From positions 1 through 32,000 of the forward strand of contig CAYRPF010000031.1 in the NCBI GenBank assembly GCA_964426185.1: a stretch of DNA of 32,000 nucleotides. Reading direction: 5' to 3'. A program made the position numbers and the translations under genes. Below the pieces are notes generated by a model that was not told the origin of the DNA, did no database searches, and saw only the letters and a program-made list of their open reading frames with translations. The DNA is from an uncultured archaeon (GTDB lineage: Archaea > Asgardarchaeota > Lokiarchaeia > Sigyniarchaeales > Promethearchaeaceae). Shown here piece by piece: positions 1-9,321 of the stretch (its first letter is position 1; the number at the start of each line of letters is the position of its first letter).

Positions 1-174
1 AATATTCTCACAAAAATAATAAATTGGACTGAAATCGATTTCCCAAAAAAAGTACATTTTCGTTGATATTATTTCTTGAAAATTGTGAATCAAGCAATAT
101 AATAGTTCTCATGGGTTATTCATGCAATACTGAACAAAAACGGAGCATTATCTCTGCAGAAAAGCCACAAAGTC

Positions 175-182
175 TTTAAATA
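175..182 (+). promoter_or_regulatory. Putative archaeal TATA box upstream of the RuBisCO-like gene
   Basis: TTTAAATA at 175-182, preceded by an A-rich BRE-like stretch; a GGTGA Shine-Dalgarno lies 7 nt before the ATG at 296. Confidence 0.4.
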
Positions 183-295
183 TATGCAGTGTCAATAATT
201 ATATATGGCATTTTATCTGAAATTCATAGAACCTTAATCCCGAGGAAAATCAGATATAAAAAATATGCCCTAAAAAAGATATTGGTGAAGAAAAT

Positions 296-1636
296 ATGCC
301 TATTGTAAATTTTAAGAACATCCCCGCCCAACCATGGGGTATTTTTGACGGTATTGACATAGAAAAATATATTATCGGGACATTTATCGCTCGATTGCCG
401 AGAAAACAGAACGGGTTAACCTTAGCTCAATTTGCTGCCGTGGAACAATCTACAGGCACATGGATTAGAGTTCCTGCCGAAACAGAAGCTGTGAGAAAAG
501 ACCATATTGCCAAGGTCATCGGCTGTTATGAACTACCGAATTGGGAATATGAAATTCCTAAAAGCGTTGGTAGTGAAGAAGTCAAATATCGAGATTATGT
601 TCTCCAAATTGCTTGGCCGAAAATAAACTTAATAAACCGAAAAGGAAATTTAAATTTCGCTCTGCTCTTTACTGCCGTTATAGGAAATATCTCCATGGGC
701 GGTAAGTTGAAACTGTTGGATATTTGGTTTCCGAAAGATGTATTAGCAACTATGCCAGGACCTCGTTTTGGAATTGATGGAATCAGGGAATATCTCGGAG
801 TTAAAGACCGCCCCTTGCTCAACAATATGATCAAACCTTGCACTGGCCATACCGCCGATGTTGCTGCAGACTTGTCCTATAAAGTTGCCCTTGGTGGAGT
901 TGATGTGATAAAAGATGATGAATTAATTGCCGATCAGCAGTTCAACACCTTGGAAGAACGAGTCACCAAATGCATGGAGGCAATTGACAAAGCACGAGAA
1001 GAAACAGGTGAAAAGACCATATATATGATCAACGTCACCGACAACACCCCTCAGATATTTGAAAACATCGCCACAGTTCAATCTCACGGCGGAAACGGTA
1101 TGCTAATCAACTATCTTCCTCAAGGACTACCCGTTGTCAAACAAATCGCCGAGGATCCTAGCGTCAAGATTCCAATTCAAATGCATATGGATTTCGCAGG
1201 TGTGTGGTATGAAGATCCATGGTCTGGAGTGACCAGCAAATTAACCCTCGGAAAATTACCGAGATTAGTCGGAGGAGATGTGATGGTTCTACCGGCACCA
1301 TATGGAAAAGCCCCTGTAGTAGAAGAGCGTTTTATCCAAAACGTCATGGAATGCGTGCACCCGCTACCCCATATCAAACCCATGATGCCAATGCCTTCAG
1401 GCGGTATTACTCCTGGAATGGTTGAATACGCAATCAGAGATATTGGCTGGAATTGTATGTTGGGAGCAGGTGGCGGTATTCATGCTCATGAAATGGGTCC
1501 GACTGCGGGAGCGAAGGCGTTTCGTCAAGCGATTGATGCGGTGATGAATGGCGTTTCCGTGAAGAAGGCGGCTAAGGAGCACAAAGAATTGGGTGTTGCC
1601 ATGGGAATGTGGGGAAATAAAAAAACAGGAATGTAA
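296..1636 (+). CDS. RuBisCO-like protein (form IV RLP)
   Basis: Motifs EQSTGTW, GPRFGIDGIR, GGVDVIKDDE (carbamylated Lys), MPSGG and GAGGGIHAH. Carboxylase residues are substituted: KPC instead of KPK, HM instead of HR, no H327, loop 6 PYGKAP. Confidence 0.93.
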   Translation: MPIVNFKNIPAQPWGIFDGIDIEKYIIGTFIARLPRKQNGLTLAQFAAVEQSTGTWIRVPAETEAVRKDHIAKVIGCYELPNWEYEIPKSVGSEEVKYRDYVLQIAWPKINLINRKGNLNFALLFTAVIGNISMGGKLKLLDIWFPKDVLATMPGPRFGIDGIREYLGVKDRPLLNNMIKPCTGHTADVAADLSYKVALGGVDVIKDDELIADQQFNTLEERVTKCMEAIDKAREETGEKTIYMINVTDNTPQIFENIATVQSHGGNGMLINYLPQGLPVVKQIAEDPSVKIPIQMHMDFAGVWYEDPWSGVTSKLTLGKLPRLVGGDVMVLPAPYGKAPVVEERFIQNVMECVHPLPHIKPMMPMPSGGITPGMVEYAIRDIGWNCMLGAGGGIHAHEMGPTAGAKAFRQAIDAVMNGVSVKKAAKEHKELGVAMGMWGNKKTGM

Positions 1637-1646
1637 TTTTTTTTTT
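1637..1646 (+). terminator. Oligo-T archaeal terminator after the RLP gene
   Basis: T10 run immediately after the TAA stop. Confidence 0.6.
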
Positions 1647-1708
1647 CATTTATATTTATTTTTATCAACAAGCTCTATACTATTGAAATTTGAGATGAAA
1701 ATCTTTTC

Positions 1709-2220
1709 TTGAATCCTTCTCTGCTCCAAAAATTAAAAATTGACTACGATTTTAAATTTTCCGAGTACGAAGGTGAATATTCCAAACAACGCATATTTAC
1801 ATATCTTAACGCTCTTTCTGAAGCCATTAAAGGATTCCCCAGTTGGGCATATGACGATATCTATCTCAAAACTCATAATTCAGGAGGGCATATTTATCAT
1901 CAAATTAATGGATCTAATAAGGGCTTGGAAGGTGGTTCTCTTTTCGGTTTCATAAAAATTTCTTGCAAGCCATTCGCCGCTTGGCAATTTTTAATGTTTC
2001 TCATGAAGCAGGACTTTTCGACTTAGATAGGAAACAATGTATTAAGTTTCAACCAATGCCTTCTACAGCGAAAGAAAAGTACATTTTCATTCAGTCTCTA
2101 AGTAAGGCACGACAAATACCTCCGTGGGAACTGTTAAAAATTCCAAGAGTGGTAGAATATCAGAATTTTGCCTTTATAGATGGCTATACAACTGAAGAAT
2201 TTCATGATCCTGCCTTTTAA
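1709..2220 (+). pseudogene. Hypothetical gene (about 170 aa) split by an apparent frameshift
   Basis: ORF 1709-2026 overlaps a second frame that is open from 1921 to 2220 (GLGRWFSFRFHKNFLQAIRRLAIF...). One added base in the overlap would join them. Confidence 0.5.
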
Positions 2221-2318
2221 AAAAACAATACTGAAGGCCCAATACATTTCGATTTAGCAGTATCAAGGATGGATAAGTTAATGTGAAAGCTCAATAACTT
2301 CGGAAAATTTCTTTATGT

Positions 2319-3311
2319 ATGGATTCTTCCAAGTTAGAACTTGAAAAAAATTCACATTGGCACAATTCTCCAGCATATTCTTACACTTTAGCGTTGTTCA
2401 CCTTTCTCATTTGGGGAACTTCCTTCACAGCAGGTAAATTTATATCCCCAGAACCTTTTTCTCCAATCATTGCGACGTTCTACCGAACCATTATTGGAGC
2501 ATTAACAATTTTTATCATTCTTTTAATTAATGGACAATTAGGTCAATGGCTTCAATCATTTCGTAAATTTTTTCTACCCAATTTAATTATTGGGATGGGA
2601 CTTTATAGTTTGGCTTTCTTTTTGGAATATTGGTCTTTAGGTCGAACAGAATCTTCCAATCAAGCAGTTCTCAGTAATACCATGATTTTTTGGGTAGTAA
2701 TTATAAATACAATAGTTTACAAGCAAAAACCAACTCGGAATTTTCTGGTTGGCTTGGCAATAGCCATTATTGGAGTATTTTTGATTCTAATTTCTGATGA
2801 ATTGAAGTTCAACAATGAAACTTTGCCAGGAGATCTGGGGACTTTAATGGCTTACTTCATTTGGGGCGCTTATAGTGCATTTACAGCTAAAATTAATGAA
2901 AAAACTAACCCGTTGTTTACTACCTTGTCAGTTTTTCTAACCGCACTTATTACTTTACTACCAATTTCCTTGATTTCAGGCGATTTAAGCGCAATTACTA
3001 AGTTGAATATAACAAATTGGGTAGCAATATTATATTTAGGCATATTTTGCGGTGGAATTGCCTTTTTTACCTACAATATTGCTCTTTCTAATAAAAGAAT
3101 CTCTTCTGAATACATTGCTATTTTTTCACTTTTAAATCCAATAATCGGCACTATTTCAGGAATTTTATTATTGCATGAAATCCTTTACTTAAGAGAAGCT
3201 ATTGGAATCGTTCTAATTTTAATTGCAATTATTGTTGCCAATCGAAATCCTCGATATCGGGAGTTACCCGTAGATGAACTTGAAGATTCATCAAAATTGA
3301 ATACCTCATGA
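2319..3311 (+). CDS. DMT/EamA family transporter
   Basis: About 10 TM helices in two repeats; motifs IWGTSF, GDLGTLMAYFIWGAYS, LNPIIG and LLLHE. Confidence 0.9.
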   Translation: MDSSKLELEKNSHWHNSPAYSYTLALFTFLIWGTSFTAGKFISPEPFSPIIATFYRTIIGALTIFIILLINGQLGQWLQSFRKFFLPNLIIGMGLYSLAFFLEYWSLGRTESSNQAVLSNTMIFWVVIINTIVYKQKPTRNFLVGLAIAIIGVFLILISDELKFNNETLPGDLGTLMAYFIWGAYSAFTAKINEKTNPLFTTLSVFLTALITLLPISLISGDLSAITKLNITNWVAILYLGIFCGGIAFFTYNIALSNKRISSEYIAIFSLLNPIIGTISGILLLHEILYLREAIGIVLILIAIIVANRNPRYRELPVDELEDSSKLNTS

Positions 3312-3381
3312 TGCGCTAAAAAATGGGCTAATGAAGCTTCTTTATGGAAACTTTCTTTATTGAAAATGATGGTGAGAAATC

Positions 3382-4185
3382 ATGTTTAACAATTATTCTC
3401 AAAATAATTATTACAATTCCTCAAATCAAGACCTTCCCAGCGCAGGTTATTATAGTCCACGCTCTTTTGAACGCGCTCGTGCAGGTTTAAAATCGCATTG
3501 GATTAGCTTTCTAACCGTAAATATATTCTTGTTTTTGATAAATGTGTTTACAGGATATGATTATCCATGGCATTTGTTTCCATTACTTTCTTGGGGAATT
3601 GGAATTTCAATACATAGCGCTGTAGTTAAAATTAGAGCAACTTATCCAATTCGAGCAGATCGAGAATTTCACGTTCATTTAGCGGTATTTTTAATTATTA
3701 ACGGATTTTTATTCATTTTGAATATTTTGAGCGGTTTTTACTACCCATGGTTTATTTGGCCGATGTTTTCTTGGGGAATCGGTTTGAGCTGTCATGCATT
3801 TGCCTATCATGCTAAGAAACGCAAAATGAGTGGAAATCCAGTTTCAGGCTATTACGTATTGTGGTATCCTGGAGTAGTTTGCATCTTTTTAGCTGCAGTG
3901 GATCTTTTCACCGGTAATGGATTCGGTTGGTTTCTCTGGCCTTCGGTTCCAATAATGTTAATTGCATATATAGCAGTCGACAGACATGCCAATGCTGGTT
4001 ATTATCGCAACATTAGGCATCAAAAAATGCCATTGGCTAATCAAACCACACAAGTTTCTTATCAAAGAGATTATCATCATCAGAATGAGTCCAATCAACG
4101 ACTAATTAAATTCTGTCCCCGATGTGGGGAGCCAATTGAACCAGATTTCCTTTTTTGTGAGTACTGCGGACAAAAACTCCGCTGA
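3382..4185 (+). CDS. 2TM-repeat membrane protein with C-terminal zinc ribbon
   Basis: Two clear 2TM units (H..F..N..L..IN....YPW..P...WGIG...H) plus a degenerate third; C-terminal FCPRCG-x8-FCEYCG; GGTGA RBS upstream. Confidence 0.85.
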   Translation: MFNNYSQNNYYNSSNQDLPSAGYYSPRSFERARAGLKSHWISFLTVNIFLFLINVFTGYDYPWHLFPLLSWGIGISIHSAVVKIRATYPIRADREFHVHLAVFLIINGFLFILNILSGFYYPWFIWPMFSWGIGLSCHAFAYHAKKRKMSGNPVSGYYVLWYPGVVCIFLAAVDLFTGNGFGWFLWPSVPIMLIAYIAVDRHANAGYYRNIRHQKMPLANQTTQVSYQRDYHHQNESNQRLIKFCPRCGEPIEPDFLFCEYCGQKLR

Positions 4186-4237
4186 TTTTTTTTCTCAAAT
4201 CCAGAAATTTTAATTTACTTCCTTTTTAATTATTCAT

Positions 4238-4579
4238 ATGATTGTTAAATCCTTAGATGATATTCCTCAAGAGCCAGTTACCATGTTTAGCTCTACGGAA
4301 ACAAAAATCCAGTGGTTACGAAGACCTGAAGAGTCCACCCATTTTATGTTACGGAGATTTGTAATTGGTTCTAAGGGTCAAATAGGTATTCACTCACATC
4401 CCGAAGAGCATCAAATGTTCATACTTAAAGGTCCAATCGAGCTGTTAAACGGAGAAGGAAAAAAAACTACGGTTAATTCGCGTGAATTTGTTTATATGCC
4501 ACCTAATGAGCTTCATGGTTATATTAATCCAAATGATTATGAAGTAGAATTTTTGTGTGGAATCTCCAAGCTAAGCTAA
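4238..4579 (+). CDS. Cupin domain protein (TM1459-like)
   Basis: HSHPEEH...PPNELHG metal-binding His set and C-terminal EVEFLC, closely resembling Thermotoga TM1459. Confidence 0.88.
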   Translation: MIVKSLDDIPQEPVTMFSSTETKIQWLRRPEESTHFMLRRFVIGSKGQIGIHSHPEEHQMFILKGPIELLNGEGKKTTVNSREFVYMPPNELHGYINPNDYEVEFLCGISKLS

Positions 4580-4602
4580 AATAAAGGAATTAAATAGATT
4601 TT

Positions 4603-5250
4603 TTAATCTCGCTTTTCTTTTTCCCATACTGTTGATTTCCATTTCCTTATGGTTGCAAAAAATTTTTGTATTAGGGGATGGTCCAAATCAGCACCGCGAA
4701 TTTTGAATGTTGCTTCCCAAGCTTCTTCGACATTTCCAGGAAGTAGCAAAATTTCAAAATCTTCCTTAGTGTGAATAAAACGGAGATAACCATCCACAAG
4801 CTCTTCATTAATTATTCGAGAACCAAAGAACTTATTTATCTTGGCTGAAAATTCATAAAATTGACGCATGATTTCTAAACAGTTGGTTCTGTATCTTAGA
4901 ACTAGATAATTTTCAAATGTTCCATATTCGTTGGTATGATTTGGTTTGTTTAACCACTCTGAAAAGAGAGATGAGATGGTAAGATTTTCTTGTAAGAATT
5001 CATCAAATAGAAAAACATACATGGAATACTGGCGCTCATAAATTTTTGCAAAAGCTTCTTTTGAAGGAAATTCAACATGAATACACGGTTTTCCATTGAA
5101 AAATTGAACGTTACATTGAGTTCCATATATTTTATAAAATCCCATTGCTATTTTATCGATTAATTCTTCTTCTGACAATTCCGTTTCTGTGGTAGATTGA
5201 ATAGATATCTCTAAAAAAATATTCTCAGAGGAATTATCGGAACAATTCAT
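4603..5250 (-). CDS. Hypothetical protein
   Basis: 215-aa ORF with typical protein composition that fills the gap; no motif recognised. Confidence 0.75.
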   Translation of the reverse strand: MNCSDNSSENIFLEISIQSTTETELSEEELIDKIAMGFYKIYGTQCNVQFFNGKPCIHVEFPSKEAFAKIYERQYSMYVFLFDEFLQENLTISSLFSEWLNKPNHTNEYGTFENYLVLRYRTNCLEIMRQFYEFSAKINKFFGSRIINEELVDGYLRFIHTKEDFEILLLPGNVEEAWEATFKIRGADLDHPLIQKFFATIRKWKSTVWEKEKRD

Positions 5251-5297
5251 TTTATTAATATATCAAACACGTATTTTTTTTTAAACTTATTTCTGGT

Positions 5298-5345
5298 TAT
5301 TTCTTGATAGTAAATATTCTTAGGTATATTTCTTGATAGTAAATA
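5298..5345. repeat. 19-bp perfect direct repeat in a divergent promoter region
   Basis: TATTTCTTGATAGTAAATA at 5298-5316 and 5327-5345. Confidence 0.85.
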
Positions 5346-5349
5346 CATC

Positions 5350-6099
5350 ATGGTATCCACAGTAATTATTCAAGTATACGTTATTTATGGATTCATTTTT
5401 CTGCTTTTTTTGTTTCTAGCAATAAAGTTGTTAATACGATCCAGAAATCGAATCTCTATCACACTTTCAATGGTATTTATCATACCTGCAATTGGAATTT
5501 TGTTTAATATACTCTACCGAACTATTGATGATTACTATTTTAATTTAATCGGAAACAAGCTAACGATTTATCTCTCAAGTTTAGCACTAATTAACATCTA
5601 TTTCTTTGCTAAAATTATACAAAAGTCACAAGTTGGTTTTCCACTTTCCCGACAGATGACAATTTTTCTAATTTATGCTGCTTTACTTGCAGTTCTTTTT
5701 GTTATTCCAGATGGTGTCGAATTTGAATATGAAGGAGGAATTAAGGGAATCGAGGGATATAACAGCCGTTCTTTGGATCCTTTGGATTTGGGTGTACCTG
5801 TTTTCTCTACAGCCTTTTTTCTTTATGGAATAATCCTTTCTCAAACCGTGGTAATTGTTCTTATATTCAACGGAGTAAAACAATATAAAGAGATTGGAAA
5901 ATCTAGTAAATTCGGTAAAAAATACATAATGGTTTTATCAGGTATGATATTGATGGATATAGTTATCGTGAGCAGTTATTTATTCAATTGGTTGAATAAA
6001 CCCATTGGAAGGCAAATCAGTTTGTATTTAGGTATTTGCATTATTCCCGCAGCAATTTTGCTCTATTTAGGGTTGAAACAGGAGAAAAAAGAGTTATAA
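5350..6099 (+). CDS. Standalone 7-TM membrane protein (HisKA_7TM-like topology)
   Basis: Seven hydrophobic segments, a long loop between TM4 and TM5, and no cytoplasmic output domain. Confidence 0.7.
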   Translation: MVSTVIIQVYVIYGFIFLLFLFLAIKLLIRSRNRISITLSMVFIIPAIGILFNILYRTIDDYYFNLIGNKLTIYLSSLALINIYFFAKIIQKSQVGFPLSRQMTIFLIYAALLAVLFVIPDGVEFEYEGGIKGIEGYNSRSLDPLDLGVPVFSTAFFLYGIILSQTVVIVLIFNGVKQYKEIGKSSKFGKKYIMVLSGMILMDIVIVSSYLFNWLNKPIGRQISLYLGICIIPAAILLYLGLKQEKKEL

Positions 6100-7269
6100 T
6101 GAATGTAAGAAGGCTAAAAGTGCATAAATTGCACAACCTTTCCATAGAACGTCTTCGTCCACATCAAATTTAGGGTGATGATGTGGATATATAATTTTTT
6201 TTTTGGGATTTTGAATACCTAAGAAGAGAAAGACCCCATCCGTTTTTTGCTGATAAAAAGCAAAATCTTCACCACCCATACTTGGTTCTACTTCAGTAAC
6301 GGCCCCAATATCTTGTAAGATTGGTTTTATTTTTTCACTAAGCGACTTTGAGTTCACAACAGGTGGATAAGAAACACCTAATAATTCAAAACTACTCTCA
6401 CATCTCCAAGCTTTTGCATATAATTCACTTATTTCACGCATGCGGGATAATAGATTCTTTTGATCTTTTAAGTCAAAAGTTCGTAAAGTTCCTGAAAGAA
6501 TTGCTGTGGATGGAATGATATTTCCAGCTTTACTACCGTGAAATTCAGGAGTAGTGATTAAAGCGGTATGTAGAGGATTAATTTCCCGGGTAATCAATTT
6601 TTGAAAAGCTTCATAAATTTCATGCACGACAATGGTTGGATCAATAGATAAATAGGGAAAAGCAGCATGTCCACCCTTTCCTTTGATTGTAATACGAAAC
6701 ATGTCGGCAGAAGCCATTAACAATCCAGGATTTAAACCAATAACTCCAGTATATATTGGAGACCACATGTGAATTCCAAAAACTTGATCCACATTATCTA
6801 AATGCCCTTCAGTCACGATTTTTTTGGCGCCACCACCACCTTCTTCACCTGGTTGAAAAATAATTTTCACAGTTCCATGGAGATGATTGCGGAATTTGGC
6901 GATGATCTGGGCTGCAGATAATAAGCAAGCCATATGAGCGTCATGTCCACAAGCATGCATTACTCCAGGATTCAAACTTTTAAACTCTAACTCATTTTCT
7001 TCATGAATTGCCAGTGCATCCATATCCGCCCTTAATGCGATGATAGGCCCCCCCTTTTCTCCAGAAATTTGGGTAATTACCCCTGTTCCTGCAGTTTTTT
7101 CTGGTTTATAACCCCATTTCTGGAGATTTTTCATAATATAGGCTTGAGTATCATGTTCTTGGAATAACAATTCGGGGTGTTGGTGCAAATAACGCCTCAT
7201 GGCAACAATTTCGTTTTGTAAATTTCTACTTGCTGTAATTAGTTCCTTTTTTAGATGGTGAGGTTCCAT
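6094..7269 (-). CDS. M20D family amidohydrolase / aminoacylase
   Basis: Motifs RRYLHQHPEL, LRADMDAL, MHACGHDAH, FQPGEEG, GGEDFA and HHHPKF. Confidence 0.95.
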   Translation of the reverse strand: MEPHHLKKELITASRNLQNEIVAMRRYLHQHPELLFQEHDTQAYIMKNLQKWGYKPEKTAGTGVITQISGEKGGPIIALRADMDALAIHEENELEFKSLNPGVMHACGHDAHMACLLSAAQIIAKFRNHLHGTVKIIFQPGEEGGGGAKKIVTEGHLDNVDQVFGIHMWSPIYTGVIGLNPGLLMASADMFRITIKGKGGHAAFPYLSIDPTIVVHEIYEAFQKLITREINPLHTALITTPEFHGSKAGNIIPSTAILSGTLRTFDLKDQKNLLSRMREISELYAKAWRCESSFELLGVSYPPVVNSKSLSEKIKPILQDIGAVTEVEPSMGGEDFAFYQQKTDGVFLFLGIQNPKKKIIYPHHHPKFDVDEDVLWKGCAIYALLAFLHSL

Positions 7270-7487
7270 AATTCATCAAATCATGTTTAATGGGTAGAGA
7301 ATACTTGTAGAATATTTAGATTTTTCTTGAGATTACATTTTTATTTTTTACATTTAGAATAAAAAAAGTGAAAAAGGAGAATTCTAGCGATTTTTAGAAA
7401 ATATAGAGCGATATTTTTAATAATCGGTAGAACTTTACTAATATTATTCACGATATTTAATAAATCGTAAAAGAAGTGAATCGATGC

Positions 7488-9188
7488 ATGTCTGACTCTA
7501 TAACGAAAATAGATTGGTCCAGTAAAAAAAGACAAGATTATATACAACACTTGAAATCTGAGAAATTTGATTTTGTAATTATTGGTGGAGGAATTACGGG
7601 AGCAGGTATAGCACGGGAAGCAGCACTAAGAGGATTAACAGTCGCACTTATTGATATGGAAGATTTCGCTTTTGGTACAAGTTCTCGTTCTTCTAAGCTC
7701 GCCCACGGAGGATTTCGTTATTTATCCCAAGGGGAATTTAAATTGGTACGGGAAAGCACTACTGAACGAAACTGGCTCCGCACTGATTTTTCGCACAACT
7801 GCCGACCCTTGAAAATGTTCATGTTGGGAGATAAAAAAACCGGTATTTCTCCCATAGAAGTTAAGATTGGAATTTCGTTATATGATTTTCTTTCAAATTT
7901 TGGTTCAAAATACAAACAATTTGACAAACATCGATTCTATTCTAAGGAAAAAGCCGCTTTAATTCAACCAAAAATGAGAATGGATAATCTCAAAATGTTG
8001 GGAGAATTTTACGACACTAATATTGATGACGCCCGTTTAACCCTTGAAACTATCAAAGAGGCTGTTTTTTTGGGTGGAACTATTGCTGTTAACTATTGTA
8101 AAGCGGAAGAGTTTGAACATGAAAATGGTAAAATAACCGCTCTAAAAGTCTATGATATTCTAGGTGATGAACACTTTACCATTAAAGGAAAACATTTTGT
8201 TAATGCAACTGGAATATGGACGGATGATTTACTCCCTTCTGGTCATCGACGAGTTATTCGACCTACTAAAGGAGTTCATGTAACTGTTCCAGTAGGACGA
8301 GTGGGAAACATCGATGGTCTTGGAGTAAAATCGATTGACGATGGACGAGTCTTCTTTATTTTAAATCGAGAAGATATTACGCTTATCGGAACCACTGATA
8401 CTGATTATAAAGACAAACGTAACGGCCTACCCAACGAAGATTTTGCCAGTCCTTACTGCACTAAGGAGGACTGCGATTATTTGTTCCACACCGTGAATTA
8501 TCTTTTTCCTGAAGCAAATTTGACCTATGATGATATTATTTCAACCTATGCTGGCATCCGTCCGCTGGTAATGGAGGAAGGAAAATCTGAAAGTGAGGTG
8601 TCCCGCAAACATGTTATTTTTGATACCGATGGTGGATTAACCACAATTTGCGGGGGAAAACTGACTACATACCGCAAAATGGCAGAAGATCTCCTTTACC
8701 ATGTATTACAACAAGATTTAGATTTAAAGTCCCGAATTCCTAAAAAAATGAAGAAAAAGAACTACTCGCGCCGTCCATTTCTAATAAAATTAACCAAAGC
8801 AGATTGGGATGAATTTTTAAGCAAAACAGCGACCACACTCCCCGCGAAAATTCTTGATCACTTATTTATACAGTATGGAAAAGGTGCACAAGAGATTGTA
8901 ATTACTGTGCAAAAATCTCCACAAAAAGGCGAACCGTTTTTAAACGGGCATCCTTTCATTCCTGCTGAAATTGAGTATATCCTTGCACATGAAAATGTGA
9001 TTCATTTAATGGACGTTCTGCGTCGCCGGACCGAAATTTTCATGAAGGTGAAATATACTCGCCAAGAAGAAATTGCAGGTAAAATAGCAGATATAATGGG
9101 ACGGATTTTAAACTGGGATGAATCTCAAAAAGCAGAAGAAATTGGACATTATATGGATTACATTAAAAACACTATTTGGAACTGGTAG
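7488..9188 (+). CDS. glpD: FAD-dependent glycerol-3-phosphate dehydrogenase/oxidase
   Basis: Motifs IGGGITGAG, GTSSRSSKLAHGGFRYL, DDARL, KGVH, IGTTD, GIRPL and GGKLTTYR. The ATG at 7488 is preferred over the GTG at 7476. Confidence 0.93.
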   Translation: MSDSITKIDWSSKKRQDYIQHLKSEKFDFVIIGGGITGAGIAREAALRGLTVALIDMEDFAFGTSSRSSKLAHGGFRYLSQGEFKLVRESTTERNWLRTDFSHNCRPLKMFMLGDKKTGISPIEVKIGISLYDFLSNFGSKYKQFDKHRFYSKEKAALIQPKMRMDNLKMLGEFYDTNIDDARLTLETIKEAVFLGGTIAVNYCKAEEFEHENGKITALKVYDILGDEHFTIKGKHFVNATGIWTDDLLPSGHRRVIRPTKGVHVTVPVGRVGNIDGLGVKSIDDGRVFFILNREDITLIGTTDTDYKDKRNGLPNEDFASPYCTKEDCDYLFHTVNYLFPEANLTYDDIISTYAGIRPLVMEEGKSESEVSRKHVIFDTDGGLTTICGGKLTTYRKMAEDLLYHVLQQDLDLKSRIPKKMKKKNYSRRPFLIKLTKADWDEFLSKTATTLPAKILDHLFIQYGKGAQEIVITVQKSPQKGEPFLNGHPFIPAEIEYILAHENVIHLMDVLRRRTEIFMKVKYTRQEEIAGKIADIMGRILNWDESQKAEEIGHYMDYIKNTIWNW

Positions 9189-9321
9189 AATTCACTAAAT
9201 CAATAAAATAGGATCTTTTTTAAAAATAATTCATTTTGTTTAGGGATATACAAAACTAGCTAATCAGAATTTCTTTTAAATAATTAAGCTAATATTATTC
9301 TATTAATTTAGAAAAGGGGAG

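Noticed and set aside
296-1636. Bona fide CO2-fixing RuBisCO (form III)
   Set aside because: It lacks the K177, R295 and H327 equivalents and the canonical loop 6.
5298-5345. CRISPR-like repeat
   Set aside because: Only two 19-bp copies with a 10-bp spacer, and no cas genes.
5350-6099. Rhodopsin
   Set aside because: No retinal-binding Lys in helix 7 and no helix-C motifs.
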